64,000 bases of DNA from Armatimonadota bacterium. Its GTDB lineage: Bacteria; Armatimonadota; Fimbriimonadia; Fimbriimonadales; Fimbriimonadaceae. Below the pieces are notes generated by a model. The model was not told where the DNA came from. It saw nothing but the letters and a program-made list of their open reading frames with translations, and made no database searches. Each line of letters starts with the position of its first letter. The stretch's first letter is position 1. Shown piece after piece: positions 37,712 through 47,379 of the stretch. The stretch lies in assembly GCA_031400935.1 (NCBI GenBank), contig JANNQV010000028.1, positions 1 to 64,000 on the forward strand, given 5' to 3'. Made by a program: the position numbers and the translations under genes.

Positions 37712-38896
37712 ATGCGAATTGCCATGTTCTCTGATTCAGCACTCCCCATTATCAATGGCGTGAGCCTGAGCGTGGATTCCCTTATCCAAGAATTGAGGCG
37801 GCAAGGGCACTCGGTTGATCTCTATACTGCTGGCCACCCGAAAGCAGAATCAGAGCCAAACACTTATCGGTTTCGAACTGTTCGGCTGCCATGGTCCCGT
37901 GATTATCCGGTTGTCGTTCCACCGTTTTACGGGATGTTGCGCGAGTTTCGCAAGCACACTTATGACGTAATCCACACACATACGCCGTTTACGACCGGAT
38001 TTGTCGGGATGCGTTGGGCAGAATCTCATACACTCCCCATAGTTTCGACGTATCATACGCTCTACGACCGGTACGCGCACTATATTCCGCTCTTTCCAAA
38101 GCGTTATATCAGGTTCAAAATAGCCAAACACACTAGTTTTTATTACAACCATGTGGATCAAGTGATCTGTCCAAGCGTGGCAGCGATGAGGTGGCTTCGG
38201 CGGCAGGCAGTACGCACTCCGATTTCCATCATTCCGACCGCCTGCTTCGAAAAGCAAATGCTTGACAGGTACGAATGTCGGCGCAAGTTGGGCATGGGCT
38301 TGAACGAGCGGTACTTGCTCTATGTGGGAAGGCTCGCTAAAGAAAAGAACCTGGAGACCCTATTTTCAGCAGCAAAGCTTGCATTCAATCAAGATTCTAC
38401 TTTGCGGCTTTGGCTAGTCGGCGATGGACCATATCGGGAAGAAAGCGTGGAGTTTGTCCGTAAGTTGGGCATCGGGGACCGAGTGAAATTTGTAGGATTC
38501 TTGCCTCGACACGAGGTAGATTCGTATTATGCAGCGGCTGACCTCTTTGTCTTTAGCTCGATTACAGAAACGCAGGGCCTGGTCATTCAAGAAGCGATGG
38601 CATACGGGCTTCCTGCAATTGTAGTAGTTGGCGGAGGAGCAGGAGACGGTGTAATTCAAGGTGAAAATGGATTTTTAGTAAAAAACGATCCAGCTACTTT
38701 TGCCCAAACCATTACAGATGTGCTTTGGAATGAATCCCTTTGGTCAAAGCTATCAGCAAATGCCTCTCGAAGCGTTCAGGAAAGGACTCCTGAGGCGATG
38801 GCGATTAAGATGCTAACCGTTTATGAAAGGGCGATTGGGAGCAAGACGGAACAGTTTGAGCCTGCTGAAGTAGCAGTTGAATCTCAGCCAAAATGA
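37712..38896 (+). CDS. Glycosyltransferase family 4 (diacylglycerol glucosyltransferase-like)
   Basis: INGVS, HTHTPF, STYHT, VGRLAKEKN and ETQGLVIQEAMAYG motifs. Confidence 0.94.
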   Translation: MRIAMFSDSALPIINGVSLSVDSLIQELRRQGHSVDLYTAGHPKAESEPNTYRFRTVRLPWSRDYPVVVPPFYGMLREFRKHTYDVIHTHTPFTTGFVGMRWAESHTLPIVSTYHTLYDRYAHYIPLFPKRYIRFKIAKHTSFYYNHVDQVICPSVAAMRWLRRQAVRTPISIIPTACFEKQMLDRYECRRKLGMGLNERYLLYVGRLAKEKNLETLFSAAKLAFNQDSTLRLWLVGDGPYREESVEFVRKLGIGDRVKFVGFLPRHEVDSYYAAADLFVFSSITETQGLVIQEAMAYGLPAIVVVGGGAGDGVIQGENGFLVKNDPATFAQTITDVLWNESLWSKLSANASRSVQERTPEAMAIKMLTVYERAIGSKTEQFEPAEVAVESQPK

Positions 38897-38900
38897 AGCT

Positions 38901-40046
38901 ATGACACAATTGTCGCCCGAAGAGATTCTGCGCTATAGCCGGCACCTCATCATGCCAGAAGTTGCTCTAGCTGGGCAGGAAAAGCTGAAGCAAGCGCGAG
39001 TGCTTCTTGTCGGCGCTGGTGGGCTTGGTTCACCAGCCGCACTTTACTTGGCAGCGGCTGGAATCGGCACGATTGGGATTGTTGATTTTGACGTCGTGGA
39101 CTTCACAAATCTGCAACGGCAAGTCATTCACGGCACAAGCGATGTTGGGAAAAGCAAATTGAAATCGGCACTAGAAGCGATCCAAGAAATCAACCCACTT
39201 GTGAATGTCATTTGTCACGAAACTCTGCTCTCAAGCGAAAACGCTTTGGAAATTCTTGGTGGCTACGACCTAGTCCTCGACGGTACAGACAATTTTCCCA
39301 CACGATATTTGGTCAACGACGCATGCGTGATCCTTGGAAAGCCGAATATGTACGGCTCTATTTACCGATTCGATGGCCAAGCGACTGTATTTGGAGCCCC
39401 AGGTGGACCTTGTTACCGATGCCTCTTTCCGGAACCTCCGCCTCCCGGGACCGTGCCAAGTTGCGCCGAAGGCGGCGTATTAGGCATTTTGCCAGGCGTG
39501 ATCGGCTTGATTCAAGCCACAGAAGCTGTTAAGACGATTCTTGGGATCGGAAAATCGCTTGCTGGCAGATTGCTTTTGTATGATGCCCTAAACATGGAGT
39601 TCCGGGAGCTTACGATCAAACGCGACCCATCATGTCCAGTTTGCGGCGATGCTCCGACGATTACTGAACTAGTGGACTATTACTCCTTCTGCGGAGTTCA
39701 GGGGCATGGATCGAATCAGGCGCTTTTTGATTCGAATATTGAGCCCGGCGAACTGAAATCACTTCGCGACTGTGGACATCCGTTCGTGCTAATTGATGTT
39801 CGAGAACCTCATGAATATGAGATCAACCGAATCGAAGGCTCGAAGCTGATCCCGCTTCGTGACTTGCCCGCTCGAATTCAAGAATTGAATTCTTCGGACG
39901 AATTTGTTGTCCTTTGCTTAGTTGGTGTCCGAAGCGCGGAGGCGTGCGAGTTTCTGCGCTCATCGGGCTTCGGAAAGGTACGAAATCTGACTGGTGGAAT
40001 TCGCGCATGGATCGAGCAGGTTCAGCCCGAACTTCCCTATTATTAA
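38901..40046 (+). CDS. moeB: MoeB/MoeZ-type adenylyltransferase with a C-terminal rhodanese domain
   Basis: RYSRHL, VGAGGLGSP, NLQRQ, CYRC, CPVC and DVRE...GGIRAW rhodanese motifs. Confidence 0.94.
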   Translation: MTQLSPEEILRYSRHLIMPEVALAGQEKLKQARVLLVGAGGLGSPAALYLAAAGIGTIGIVDFDVVDFTNLQRQVIHGTSDVGKSKLKSALEAIQEINPLVNVICHETLLSSENALEILGGYDLVLDGTDNFPTRYLVNDACVILGKPNMYGSIYRFDGQATVFGAPGGPCYRCLFPEPPPPGTVPSCAEGGVLGILPGVIGLIQATEAVKTILGIGKSLAGRLLLYDALNMEFRELTIKRDPSCPVCGDAPTITELVDYYSFCGVQGHGSNQALFDSNIEPGELKSLRDCGHPFVLIDVREPHEYEINRIEGSKLIPLRDLPARIQELNSSDEFVVLCLVGVRSAEACEFLRSSGFGKVRNLTGGIRAWIEQVQPELPYY

Positions 40047-40053
40047 GCCTGCA

Positions 40054-40359
40054 TTACCCTCCGGCGATAGCTCCAATTACCATAAACGGCTGTTGGCCGG
40101 TCGCTATTGCATCGGGAAGCGGTGTTTCGTACGGCTCTAACGAGATGTCCTCACCGCACACAAAGAACCGCAAAAACGGCCTGCGCTTGAGCGTGCCATG
40201 ATCTCGAATCGTGCCCCGTAAATTAGGATAGGCAGCTTCGATCGAATCCAGAACAGTCCCAATGGTCAAAGGCAATTTGGGCTCCACCGAAATCTCTGCT
40301 CCAACTCGGGCGAGATTTCGAAGGTGATGCGGAAGGATGACCTGTACCATGAATGCCAC
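40054..40359 (-). CDS. MoaD/ThiS family sulfur carrier (ubiquitin-like)
   Basis: Beta-grasp size with C-terminal AIAGG. Start is GTG 40359 or ATG 40350. Confidence 0.9.
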   Translation of the reverse strand: MAFMVQVILPHHLRNLARVGAEISVEPKLPLTIGTVLDSIEAAYPNLRGTIRDHGTLKRRPFLRFFVCGEDISLEPYETPLPDAIATGQQPFMVIGAIAGG

Positions 40360-41522
40360 TATGGCAGAGTTTGGACCTCTACACTTAATACGCCTGGCAA
40401 ATGCTCAGCAATTGCTGTCCAGTTGTCTCCGCCATCGGGCGAACAATAGACTGCTCCGCCGCTCGTGCCGAAATAGATGCCGCATTCAGGCATTTGGTCA
40501 ACCGCCATCGCCTCTCGCAAGACGTTGACATAGCAATGAGATTGGGGCAGGCCGTTTGTTAGTGCTTCCCAATTGTTGCCCCCAGTCCGGCTTCGATAAA
40601 CTCGCAACTTTCCATCTGGCGGAACATGCTCGCTGTCGCTCTTGATCGGCACAACATAGATTGTTTCAGGCTCGTGAGCGTGTACGTCAATCGGGAAGCC
40701 AAAATCGCTTGGCAAGCCCTCGCTGACTTCGGTCCACATGTCGCCCGCATTGTCGCTTCGCATAATGTCCCAATGCTTTTGCATGTAAAGCGTGTCTGGG
40801 TTAGAAGGATGGAATGCGATTCGGTGAACGCAATGGCCGACTTCCGCTTCTTCTTCTGGCATGAAATTAGATTTCAAACCCCTGTTGATCGGCTTCCAAG
40901 TCGTTCCGCCATCTTCGGTTCGAAAAACGCCTGCAGCAGAAATGGCAACCCACATTCTCTGAGGGTTTTTGGGATCAATGAGAATCGTATGAAGACACAT
41001 TCCGCCCGCGCCCGGCTGCCAGTCTTTTCCTGTCGTGTGCTCGCGCAAACCGCTCAGTTCGCTCCACGATTTTCCGGCATCGCGTGAAACAAATAGTGCT
41101 GCGTCTTCAACACCTGCATAACACACGTCAGGGTCATCCAGAGATGGCTCTAAGTGCCAAACTCGCTTGAAAACCCATGGCACGGAAGTGCCATCGAACG
41201 TCTTATGATTTCCCGGAACTCCATCATAAACGAACTTGTTGCTCTCTCCGCCAGGCATTCCCCAATCATTCATGCGCTCTTCTTCTTTGCTTCCTGGGGT
41301 GTCCCAAGTCTTGCCGCCATCGTCTGAACGCTGAATCACCTGCCCAAACCAACCGCTGGTTTGAGAAGCGTAGATTCGATCTGGGTTCACAGGCGATGCC
41401 TTCAAATGGTAAATTTCCCAGCCCATAAAATGCGGGCCGTCAATTTCCCAGTTTTTGCGATCGCAGGAAGTGCAAATGAATGCGCCTTTTTTGGTGCCTA
41501 CGAGGACTCTAACTTTGCTCAT
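40359..41522 (-). CDS. BNR/Asp-box beta-propeller (WD40/YVTN/sialidase-like) protein
   Basis: [10 protein letters not shown] and repeated SxDGGxTW Asp boxes. Confidence 0.92.
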   Translation of the reverse strand: MSKVRVLVGTKKGAFICTSCDRKNWEIDGPHFMGWEIYHLKASPVNPDRIYASQTSGWFGQVIQRSDDGGKTWDTPGSKEEERMNDWGMPGGESNKFVYDGVPGNHKTFDGTSVPWVFKRVWHLEPSLDDPDVCYAGVEDAALFVSRDAGKSWSELSGLREHTTGKDWQPGAGGMCLHTILIDPKNPQRMWVAISAAGVFRTEDGGTTWKPINRGLKSNFMPEEEAEVGHCVHRIAFHPSNPDTLYMQKHWDIMRSDNAGDMWTEVSEGLPSDFGFPIDVHAHEPETIYVVPIKSDSEHVPPDGKLRVYRSRTGGNNWEALTNGLPQSHCYVNVLREAMAVDQMPECGIYFGTSGGAVYCSPDGGDNWTAIAEHLPGVLSVEVQTLP

Positions 41523-41623
41523 GGTTTAATCTCTACGAAATTGGTTACTTTGAGCGTACCCCGTCAATATCCATTACGAATTCCAAAATTTATTGTAAAT
41601 CTGCGAAACTGTGATAATTACAA

Positions 41624-42619
41624 ATGTTGATATCTGCAATGACTTCAGATTCGCAAACCCTCCATCCCCAACCCCTTCCTCCCAAGGAAGAACGGGGCTG
41701 TTTGGGCCTCCGAACTTTTTTCCTAGTTCTAGCTGTTCTCGCGCTCTCAAACGTCGCTCTAGCTCTCATTCCGTTTCCAAAGTCAGCAATTCCTCTTGTC
41801 GGCACTTTGGTAGGAGTCATTTTTCTTTCCCTTCCCATTTACGGACTCTTTCGAGGAGGAGATCATCGCTGGACGCCAAAGCTCGCTGGGGCATTCATCG
41901 CTGGTGGATTGATCGTGCATTTCGGCCTGATTTTTGCCATTCAAGCGAGAATTTTCCCTGGTGTTTCCGGCTCGATTGCTGGTGCAACCTCTCAAATCGG
42001 ATTGATGGTTTGGTGCATCGGATTGGGTGCGCTATTGGCTACAAAGGCGATTCGCGAACCCAACTTGATTCTCCCTGTTTCGATCTTTTTAATTGGGTTT
42101 GATATTTTGCTTGTTCTGACTCCCATTGGAACAGTAAATCAAGTTTTGAGCAAAGCACCCCAGATTTTTGAAAGAATTGCGTACGTCGTACCAAAAGTTT
42201 CGGATACTTCTACCTTCGGCCCAGTTGGCGCGGCAGCTTTTATCGGCCCAGCCGATTTTGTATTTCTTGCCATGTTCTTCATCTGCCTTTATCGCTTCGG
42301 AATGAATGCGCGTGGAACCATGATTGCCCTGATTCCAGTACTAATCGGCTACATGGCGGCAGTTCGATTTTTAGGGCCGCTTCCCGCTCTCCCCCCTATT
42401 GCTATCTGTGTTTTGGCAGTAAATGCACGCTACTTCAAGATGAAAAAGGATGAAACAATTGCGACTGTTTTCGTCGCAATTCTCATGGCAGGGCTAATCA
42501 TTTTTGGAGCGACTCGGCCAAAACCGCCACCTGGGCTTTTGCATACGGACACTGATTTAGAAGACCGAGTACGGGTAAAGAGGCCAATGCAAGTTTCGCC
42601 AGATCCACCGAATGAGTAA
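41624..42619 (+). CDS. Polytopic membrane protein, presenilin/signal-peptide-peptidase-like aspartyl protease candidate
   Basis: About 9 TM segments with motifs GFD, FIGPADF and LPALPP in presenilin order. The true start may be TTG near 41702, after a REP element. Confidence 0.65.
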   Translation: MLISAMTSDSQTLHPQPLPPKEERGCLGLRTFFLVLAVLALSNVALALIPFPKSAIPLVGTLVGVIFLSLPIYGLFRGGDHRWTPKLAGAFIAGGLIVHFGLIFAIQARIFPGVSGSIAGATSQIGLMVWCIGLGALLATKAIREPNLILPVSIFLIGFDILLVLTPIGTVNQVLSKAPQIFERIAYVVPKVSDTSTFGPVGAAAFIGPADFVFLAMFFICLYRFGMNARGTMIALIPVLIGYMAAVRFLGPLPALPPIAICVLAVNARYFKMKKDETIATVFVAILMAGLIIFGATRPKPPPGLLHTDTDLEDRVRVKRPMQVSPDPPNE

Positions 42620-43403
42620 GCCCTTCCCGCGTTAAGAAATATGCCAAATCTTCGGTAGCTAAGTTCCCGCCAGCACCTTTCGCATAAGGGCATCCGCCGA
42701 GTCCTGCCGCACTAGAATCGAAAATCCGAATCCCCTTCTCTAATGCACAAGCTACGTTCGCGATTGCTGTTCCCCTCGTGTCATGAAAATGATAGGCAAG
42801 CTTTTCCTTCGGAATTTCGGCAAGAAGAGCTTTGGTTAGTTCACTCACTTCGTGGGGCGAAGCAACCCCAATCGTGTCGCCGATCGAAATCTCATCAACA
42901 CCCAAATTCAAAAGTCGCAAGGCCACCGAAACAGCCTTGTCAGGTTCAATCTTCCCAGAAAAAGGACATTCAAAAGCTGTGCTGACATATCCTCGTACCC
43001 AACTCCCTGACGCCGATTCGCGAAGCTGAGCAACAATGTCGGCAAACCCGACAAGCGACTCTTCAATCGTCATGTTTATGTTCGCCTTTGTGAATTCGTC
43101 ACTTGCAGCGGTGAACAGGGCGATTCGATGGCACCCAACGGAAAGGGCTTTTTGCAATCCCTTCATATTTGGAACCAAAGCAGAATATCGGGGGCCAACC
43201 GGAAGCTGAGGCCAAAGCTCTGTCGCATCCGCAAGCTGTGGCACCCACTTTGGAGAGACAAAACTCGTAGCTTCGATGTCTTCGAGCCCCGCTTCACTCA
43301 ATGCCCGAATGAAGTCTAGTTTCAAGCCTGTAGGAACTGAAACTGACTCGTTTTGCAATCCGTCTCGAGGCCCCATTTCAGCGATGCAAACAAAGTCGCT
43401 CAT
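42498..43403 (-). CDS. Hydroxymethylglutaryl-CoA lyase
   Basis: GPRDGLQNE, SFVSPKWVPQ, GDTIG, HFHDTRG and GLGGCPYA.GN motifs. Confidence 0.96.
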   Translation of the reverse strand: MSDFVCIAEMGPRDGLQNESVSVPTGLKLDFIRALSEAGLEDIEATSFVSPKWVPQLADATELWPQLPVGPRYSALVPNMKGLQKALSVGCHRIALFTAASDEFTKANINMTIEESLVGFADIVAQLRESASGSWVRGYVSTAFECPFSGKIEPDKAVSVALRLLNLGVDEISIGDTIGVASPHEVSELTKALLAEIPKEKLAYHFHDTRGTAIANVACALEKGIRIFDSSAAGLGGCPYAKGAGGNLATEDLAYFLTREGLTHSVDLAKLALASLPVLGLLNQCPYAKAQVAVLAESLQK

Positions 43404-43837
43404 TCGGCTTTTGGCTCCACTATCACCAATAGTTGACCTTCAATCACTTGATCGCCCTTGCTAATGGAGAGTTCTTTTACAGTTCCGTCGAACGGCGCAA
43501 TAAACGGCTGCTGCGTTTTCATGGCCTCCAACACAATCAATTTCTGTCCAAGAGCAACTTCGTCGCCTTTTGAAACCATAACGTCCACTATCAATCCTGG
43601 CATAGGAGCGCGCATTTCGCCGCTATGTGCGGCAGCCGCTCGCTTCGTGCGAAGCGAAGATTTTTCAACAATATATTGCTGCCCGCGAAACGAAACATGC
43701 ACCGCGTCGCCAACTCGTACAGCAAGTGCCGATTCGGCTTTGCCAGTCGAGCGAACCATCAACCTGTCGCCAAATGAAACAACTTTAGCCTCAGATTCTA
43801 TAAGCTCAACTTCAACGCCATTTACAAATCTCTTCAA
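43400..43837 (-). CDS. Biotin carboxyl carrier subunit
   Basis: APMPG and LEAMK biotinylation motif. Confidence 0.92.
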   Translation of the reverse strand: MKRFVNGVEVELIESEAKVVSFGDRLMVRSTGKAESALAVRVGDAVHVSFRGQQYIVEKSSLRTKRAAAAHSGEMRAPMPGLIVDVMVSKGDEVALGQKLIVLEAMKTQQPFIAPFDGTVKELSISKGDQVIEGQLLVIVEPKAE

Positions 43838-43840
43838 ACA

Positions 43841-44557
43841 TTAACTCCCGGTTCGGCTCTTATTATAAATAGCGGCGGCATTCACAAACGCTTCAAAAAG
43901 CGAACGAGTTGCGGGGTCTTCTGGCGTTCGTTCCGGATGCCATTGAACTCCTAAAAGCCAGCGATCGTCGGTTGACTCAATGCCTTCAATCGTGCCGTCT
44001 TCGTGCCTTGCTGAGATCCGCAAGCCCTCGCCAACCCGTCCAACAGCTTGATGATGGTAGCTTTTCCCGTTAACGGTTGTTCCCATTATTGCCGCTAGTT
44101 TTGAATCTGATAAGACGTTTGCCGGGGCCAGAGTACCGCCAGTATGAACATCTGTTCCGGCTCTGTCGGGAATGTGCTGTTCGAGATTTCCGCCTCTAAT
44201 CACGTTCAAAAACTGGCAGCCGTAACAGATTCCAAGAATTGGCACTTCCTCTGGCAAAGCGCGGTAGAGCGCGGCTTCGATTTCAAAGCGTGTCCCGTCT
44301 TGGAGGTCAACTTCCGGGTGGTTTTCTTCGTCAAAACGACCTGCATCAATATCGAGCCCGCCAGGAATCAGCCAGCCATCTATCATCGTTGCGATGGCTT
44401 CAGCATCGGCTGTCGGCGGAATGATGATCGGAACGCCTCCTGCATCCGAAACCATCTGAGCATAGTTCCAATTGAGCTTCATTTCGCCCAATGACCGCGA
44501 ATCATCCGGCTCAAATTTACTCTCAAGGGTGATTCCGATAATGGGCTTTTCGGACAT
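43841..44557 (-). CDS. Gamma-glutamyl-gamma-aminobutyrate hydrolase family (peptidase C26)
   Basis: PGGLD, LGICYGCQ, SYHHQAV and GVQWHPE motifs. Confidence 0.93.
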   Translation of the reverse strand: MSEKPIIGITLESKFEPDDSRSLGEMKLNWNYAQMVSDAGGVPIIIPPTADAEAIATMIDGWLIPGGLDIDAGRFDEENHPEVDLQDGTRFEIEAALYRALPEEVPILGICYGCQFLNVIRGGNLEQHIPDRAGTDVHTGGTLAPANVLSDSKLAAIMGTTVNGKSYHHQAVGRVGEGLRISARHEDGTIEGIESTDDRWLLGVQWHPERTPEDPATRSLFEAFVNAAAIYNKSRTGS

Positions 44558-44560
44558 ACG

Positions 44561-45784
44561 CTATCCCACAATAATAAACTTGCTGATGATCTCCAAATTG
44601 GATTTGATCTTGAGAAGAAACTCTGCCGCGCCGACTCCATTGACGACTCGGTGGTCGAAGGTCAGAGTCAGATTCACTTGCCTTTGAAGCACCAAATCGT
44701 CTGTATCTTGATCTAAACCATTGAATATCGCTCCTAGGAATAATGTGCCTACGGCTGGAGGAACTACGACCGGAACGGCATCGCGCAAACCAAATGCTTG
44801 CATGTTCGTTAGGCTGATGGTTAGAGCTTCGCTGGCTTGGTCTTTTCCGCCACGAGCAAGTTCAATTTGGGCCCGACATTTGGCAGCAAAGGCAGGAAAA
44901 TTGAGCGTATCGGCTTGCTCGATCACAGCGGTTACAAGCTCGTCACCAGGTAGCGCAACGGCAATTCCAAGGTTTGCGTGGTCGTAAGTTCTCAAAACTT
45001 CCTCGCCCCTCAAAGTGGAGCGGAATCCAGGAAAATCCTTTAAAGCCAGAGACACACAGTAAGCAAAGCATGTAAACGCAGATGGCTGAAAGTCGCCGCC
45101 ATGCTGCTTCATCCGAGTCTTCAGATGCTCGATGGGCTCCCAGTTTGCGGTGACCGAAATCGTGCCGGGAACTGCAAGTTGATTTCCTCGTTGCAGCCTA
45201 GATGAAACCAATCTCTGCTTTGCGGAAATCTGATTTTCGACGTACGACCCACCGACTCCTGAGCCTGATTTTGCGGTAGCTACAACGCTTGGAGCACTTG
45301 AAGAACCGCCCGAAAGAAAGGCATCAATATCCGTAGGCATTAGTTTTGCCGTTTTTGCCGCCAAAGAAGCTAAAACTGAATCTGAAATGCCCTTCTCTTT
45401 CGCATAAGCGCGAGTTCTAGGCGGAATGTTCCCAGCCCTCAATGAACCGCTCGCATCGGGCTCATTGGAGACGTTTGCAGCCGCTATATGGGTTGGCTCG
45501 ACGCTCACCGCAGAACCATGAACTTCCATTTCGCGCACGCCAGCCGCGACTTCCATTTCGGCAACGGCACCTCCGATGGGAAGGATCGTGTCCACTTCTG
45601 CCAGCCAGCGGATAATCGTGCCTTCGTACGGCGATTCCACGTCCATTACCGCTTTGTCCGTTTCCATCTGGTAAATCGGCTCATCGCGCTTGACGGTGTC
45701 GCCAGGCTGCTTCAAAACGCCGACCAACCGGGCTTCTTGAAGTCCCTCGCCGATTTGTGGAATTCGAACAGCTACAACTGGCAT
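44561..45784 (-). CDS. 2-oxoacid dehydrogenase E2 dihydrolipoamide acyltransferase
   Basis: Lipoyl motif METDKA, a PSBD-like segment and LTFDHRVVNG. Confidence 0.93.
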   Translation of the reverse strand: MPVVAVRIPQIGEGLQEARLVGVLKQPGDTVKRDEPIYQMETDKAVMDVESPYEGTIIRWLAEVDTILPIGGAVAEMEVAAGVREMEVHGSAVSVEPTHIAAANVSNEPDASGSLRAGNIPPRTRAYAKEKGISDSVLASLAAKTAKLMPTDIDAFLSGGSSSAPSVVATAKSGSGVGGSYVENQISAKQRLVSSRLQRGNQLAVPGTISVTANWEPIEHLKTRMKQHGGDFQPSAFTCFAYCVSLALKDFPGFRSTLRGEEVLRTYDHANLGIAVALPGDELVTAVIEQADTLNFPAFAAKCRAQIELARGGKDQASEALTISLTNMQAFGLRDAVPVVVPPAVGTLFLGAIFNGLDQDTDDLVLQRQVNLTLTFDHRVVNGVGAAEFLLKIKSNLEIISKFIIVG

Positions 45785-45925
45785 GTAGAGAATTATGGCA
45801 GGTGGGATGCAATTGGGTGATAGGACTCGTAGGATTTGGAGGACAGGGAGGACATATGAGTCCTACAAGTCCTATAGGACCTATTTGTTCTATTGAAAGA
45901 ACCGCCCTAACCCGAAAACCGCAGC

Positions 45926-46540
45926 CTACTTCTTCAACACACCCTTAACGGTTGCCTCGACCGGCTCACCACCTGCCATCGGCACGATCCATCCGTGAAG
46001 TGTAAGTTCAAACTTCTGAACTTTGTTATCTTTGCCGATCCACCAAGTGCCGTCTGCTTTCGTCACGCCGCCTTCGCCCTCGGCGTATTTTGTGACAACT
46101 TTGAGTAAGTCAGCTTCTGAGCCCTTTGCCGTAAGGTCTATGCTTAATGGAATCTGGTCCTTTTCTTTCGATTCGAATTTCCATGTCGCATTGTCTTCGA
46201 TAGATTTGTTAGGAAATGGGAAGAAGAAAGGCGCGAACATCCGCCGAAAATCTGGTGACTCGGCTTCCAATTTTGTTAAAAAACCATTTTCTGAATAAGT
46301 GCCATTCCAAGTCGTTGCTTCGCCCATTTCGTTGTCATCAACGGTCAAAGCGTTCATGGTTACCGATAGTGGAAATTTCCCGGCCTCCGCCTTTAGAGCA
46401 TTGACAACGAAGTCAAAAGTAGCTCGATGCTCCTCTCCGCCTCCGGTTACAGTCACCGAAACAGCATAAACCAACTTTGTCTCAGCCTTTATAGGGGAAT
46501 TCAAATCCCAGGCCATGGCACATGCAAGTGTAAAAATCAT
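45926..46540 (-). CDS. Hypothetical exported protein
   Basis: AGGAGG RBS and a beta-rich ORF. Confidence 0.7.
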   Translation of the reverse strand: MIFTLACAMAWDLNSPIKAETKLVYAVSVTVTGGGEEHRATFDFVVNALKAEAGKFPLSVTMNALTVDDNEMGEATTWNGTYSENGFLTKLEAESPDFRRMFAPFFFPFPNKSIEDNATWKFESKEKDQIPLSIDLTAKGSEADLLKVVTKYAEGEGGVTKADGTWWIGKDNKVQKFELTLHGWIVPMAGGEPVEATVKGVLKK

Positions 46541-46602
46541 ATCGTCCTCCTATGAGTTGTTACGTAAAACGGCGACAGAACATTCGCGTTGCAAAATAAG
46601 CA

Positions 46603-46630
46603 AAAAGCCCTACCAAAAGGCACGGCTTTC
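46603..46630 (-). terminator. Intrinsic terminator
   Basis: Minus strand AAAGCCGTGCC-TTTT-GGTAGGGCTTTTT, immediately after the 46647 stop. Confidence 0.6.
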
Positions 46631-46646
46631 GCTGTCAAATGCAAGC

Positions 46647-46880
46647 CTACTTCGCTTCTTCCTTTGCGGGCTCGACTTCTTCTACTTTCTTATCGTCGTC
46701 GCCGTCAAAAAAGTCCTTCGCCTTTTCGAAGAGGTCTTTGCTATCCTTCACGATCATGTCAATGGCTTCTTTGCCTTCCTCAACAACGTTGCCAAGGATT
46801 TCCTTTCCTTTGTCCAACAAATCGTCGGTCGTGTTTTTCGGGTTTTCTGGTTGTTCGCTCAATTTATTCTCCTTTGCCAA
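46647..46880 (-). CDS. Small acidic hydrophilic protein
   Basis: Amphipathic D/E/K-rich ORF followed by a terminator. Confidence 0.55.
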   Translation of the reverse strand: MAKENKLSEQPENPKNTTDDLLDKGKEILGNVVEEGKEAIDMIVKDSKDLFEKAKDFFDGDDDKKVEEVEPAKEEAK

Positions 46881-46929
46881 TCGGCAAGATCATTGTACAA
46901 AATTTCCGACGCCAAGGTTTCAACCCAGT

Positions 46930-47379
46930 TCATTGCTCGGTTTTCAAATTTCTGTCCAGCCTGCATCCACAACCCTTGTGTTGAAGTTTGAGATTCACGA
47001 TATGAAAACTTGCGATCAAAAGTCCGCCTAGCACTGCCAAGATCGTACCTGCGAGATTCCGAGTTCCATCGTGCCCGCCGTGCCCTAAAAAGTGGGAAAG
47101 AACGATGCTCCCAAGTCCAGCAACGAAAACTGAAGCTGGCAGCCAGGAATGGTGCTGCCTCTTGCCGTGAAAAACTGCGAATCCACCAACCAGAAATGCT
47201 GTTCCGACAAATGCGAATTCAACAATCGGTTCGCTTATGAATTCAAGCCCGGCAACCGCCAAAAATCCCATCGCAAGGCCCGTCAAGATGCAATGGACAG
47301 CGCAAAGTGCACTTGCGCAAACACCAACTCTATCTAAAATCGCACTAGCCTTAGGACTCATTTTGAGCGACACCCCCAT
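46930..47379 (-). CDS. MerC-family membrane protein
   Basis: LDRVGVCASALCAVHC, 4 TM segments and HIVN. His-rich. Confidence 0.88.
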   Translation of the reverse strand: MGVSLKMSPKASAILDRVGVCASALCAVHCILTGLAMGFLAVAGLEFISEPIVEFAFVGTAFLVGGFAVFHGKRQHHSWLPASVFVAGLGSIVLSHFLGHGGHDGTRNLAGTILAVLGGLLIASFHIVNLKLQHKGCGCRLDRNLKTEQ

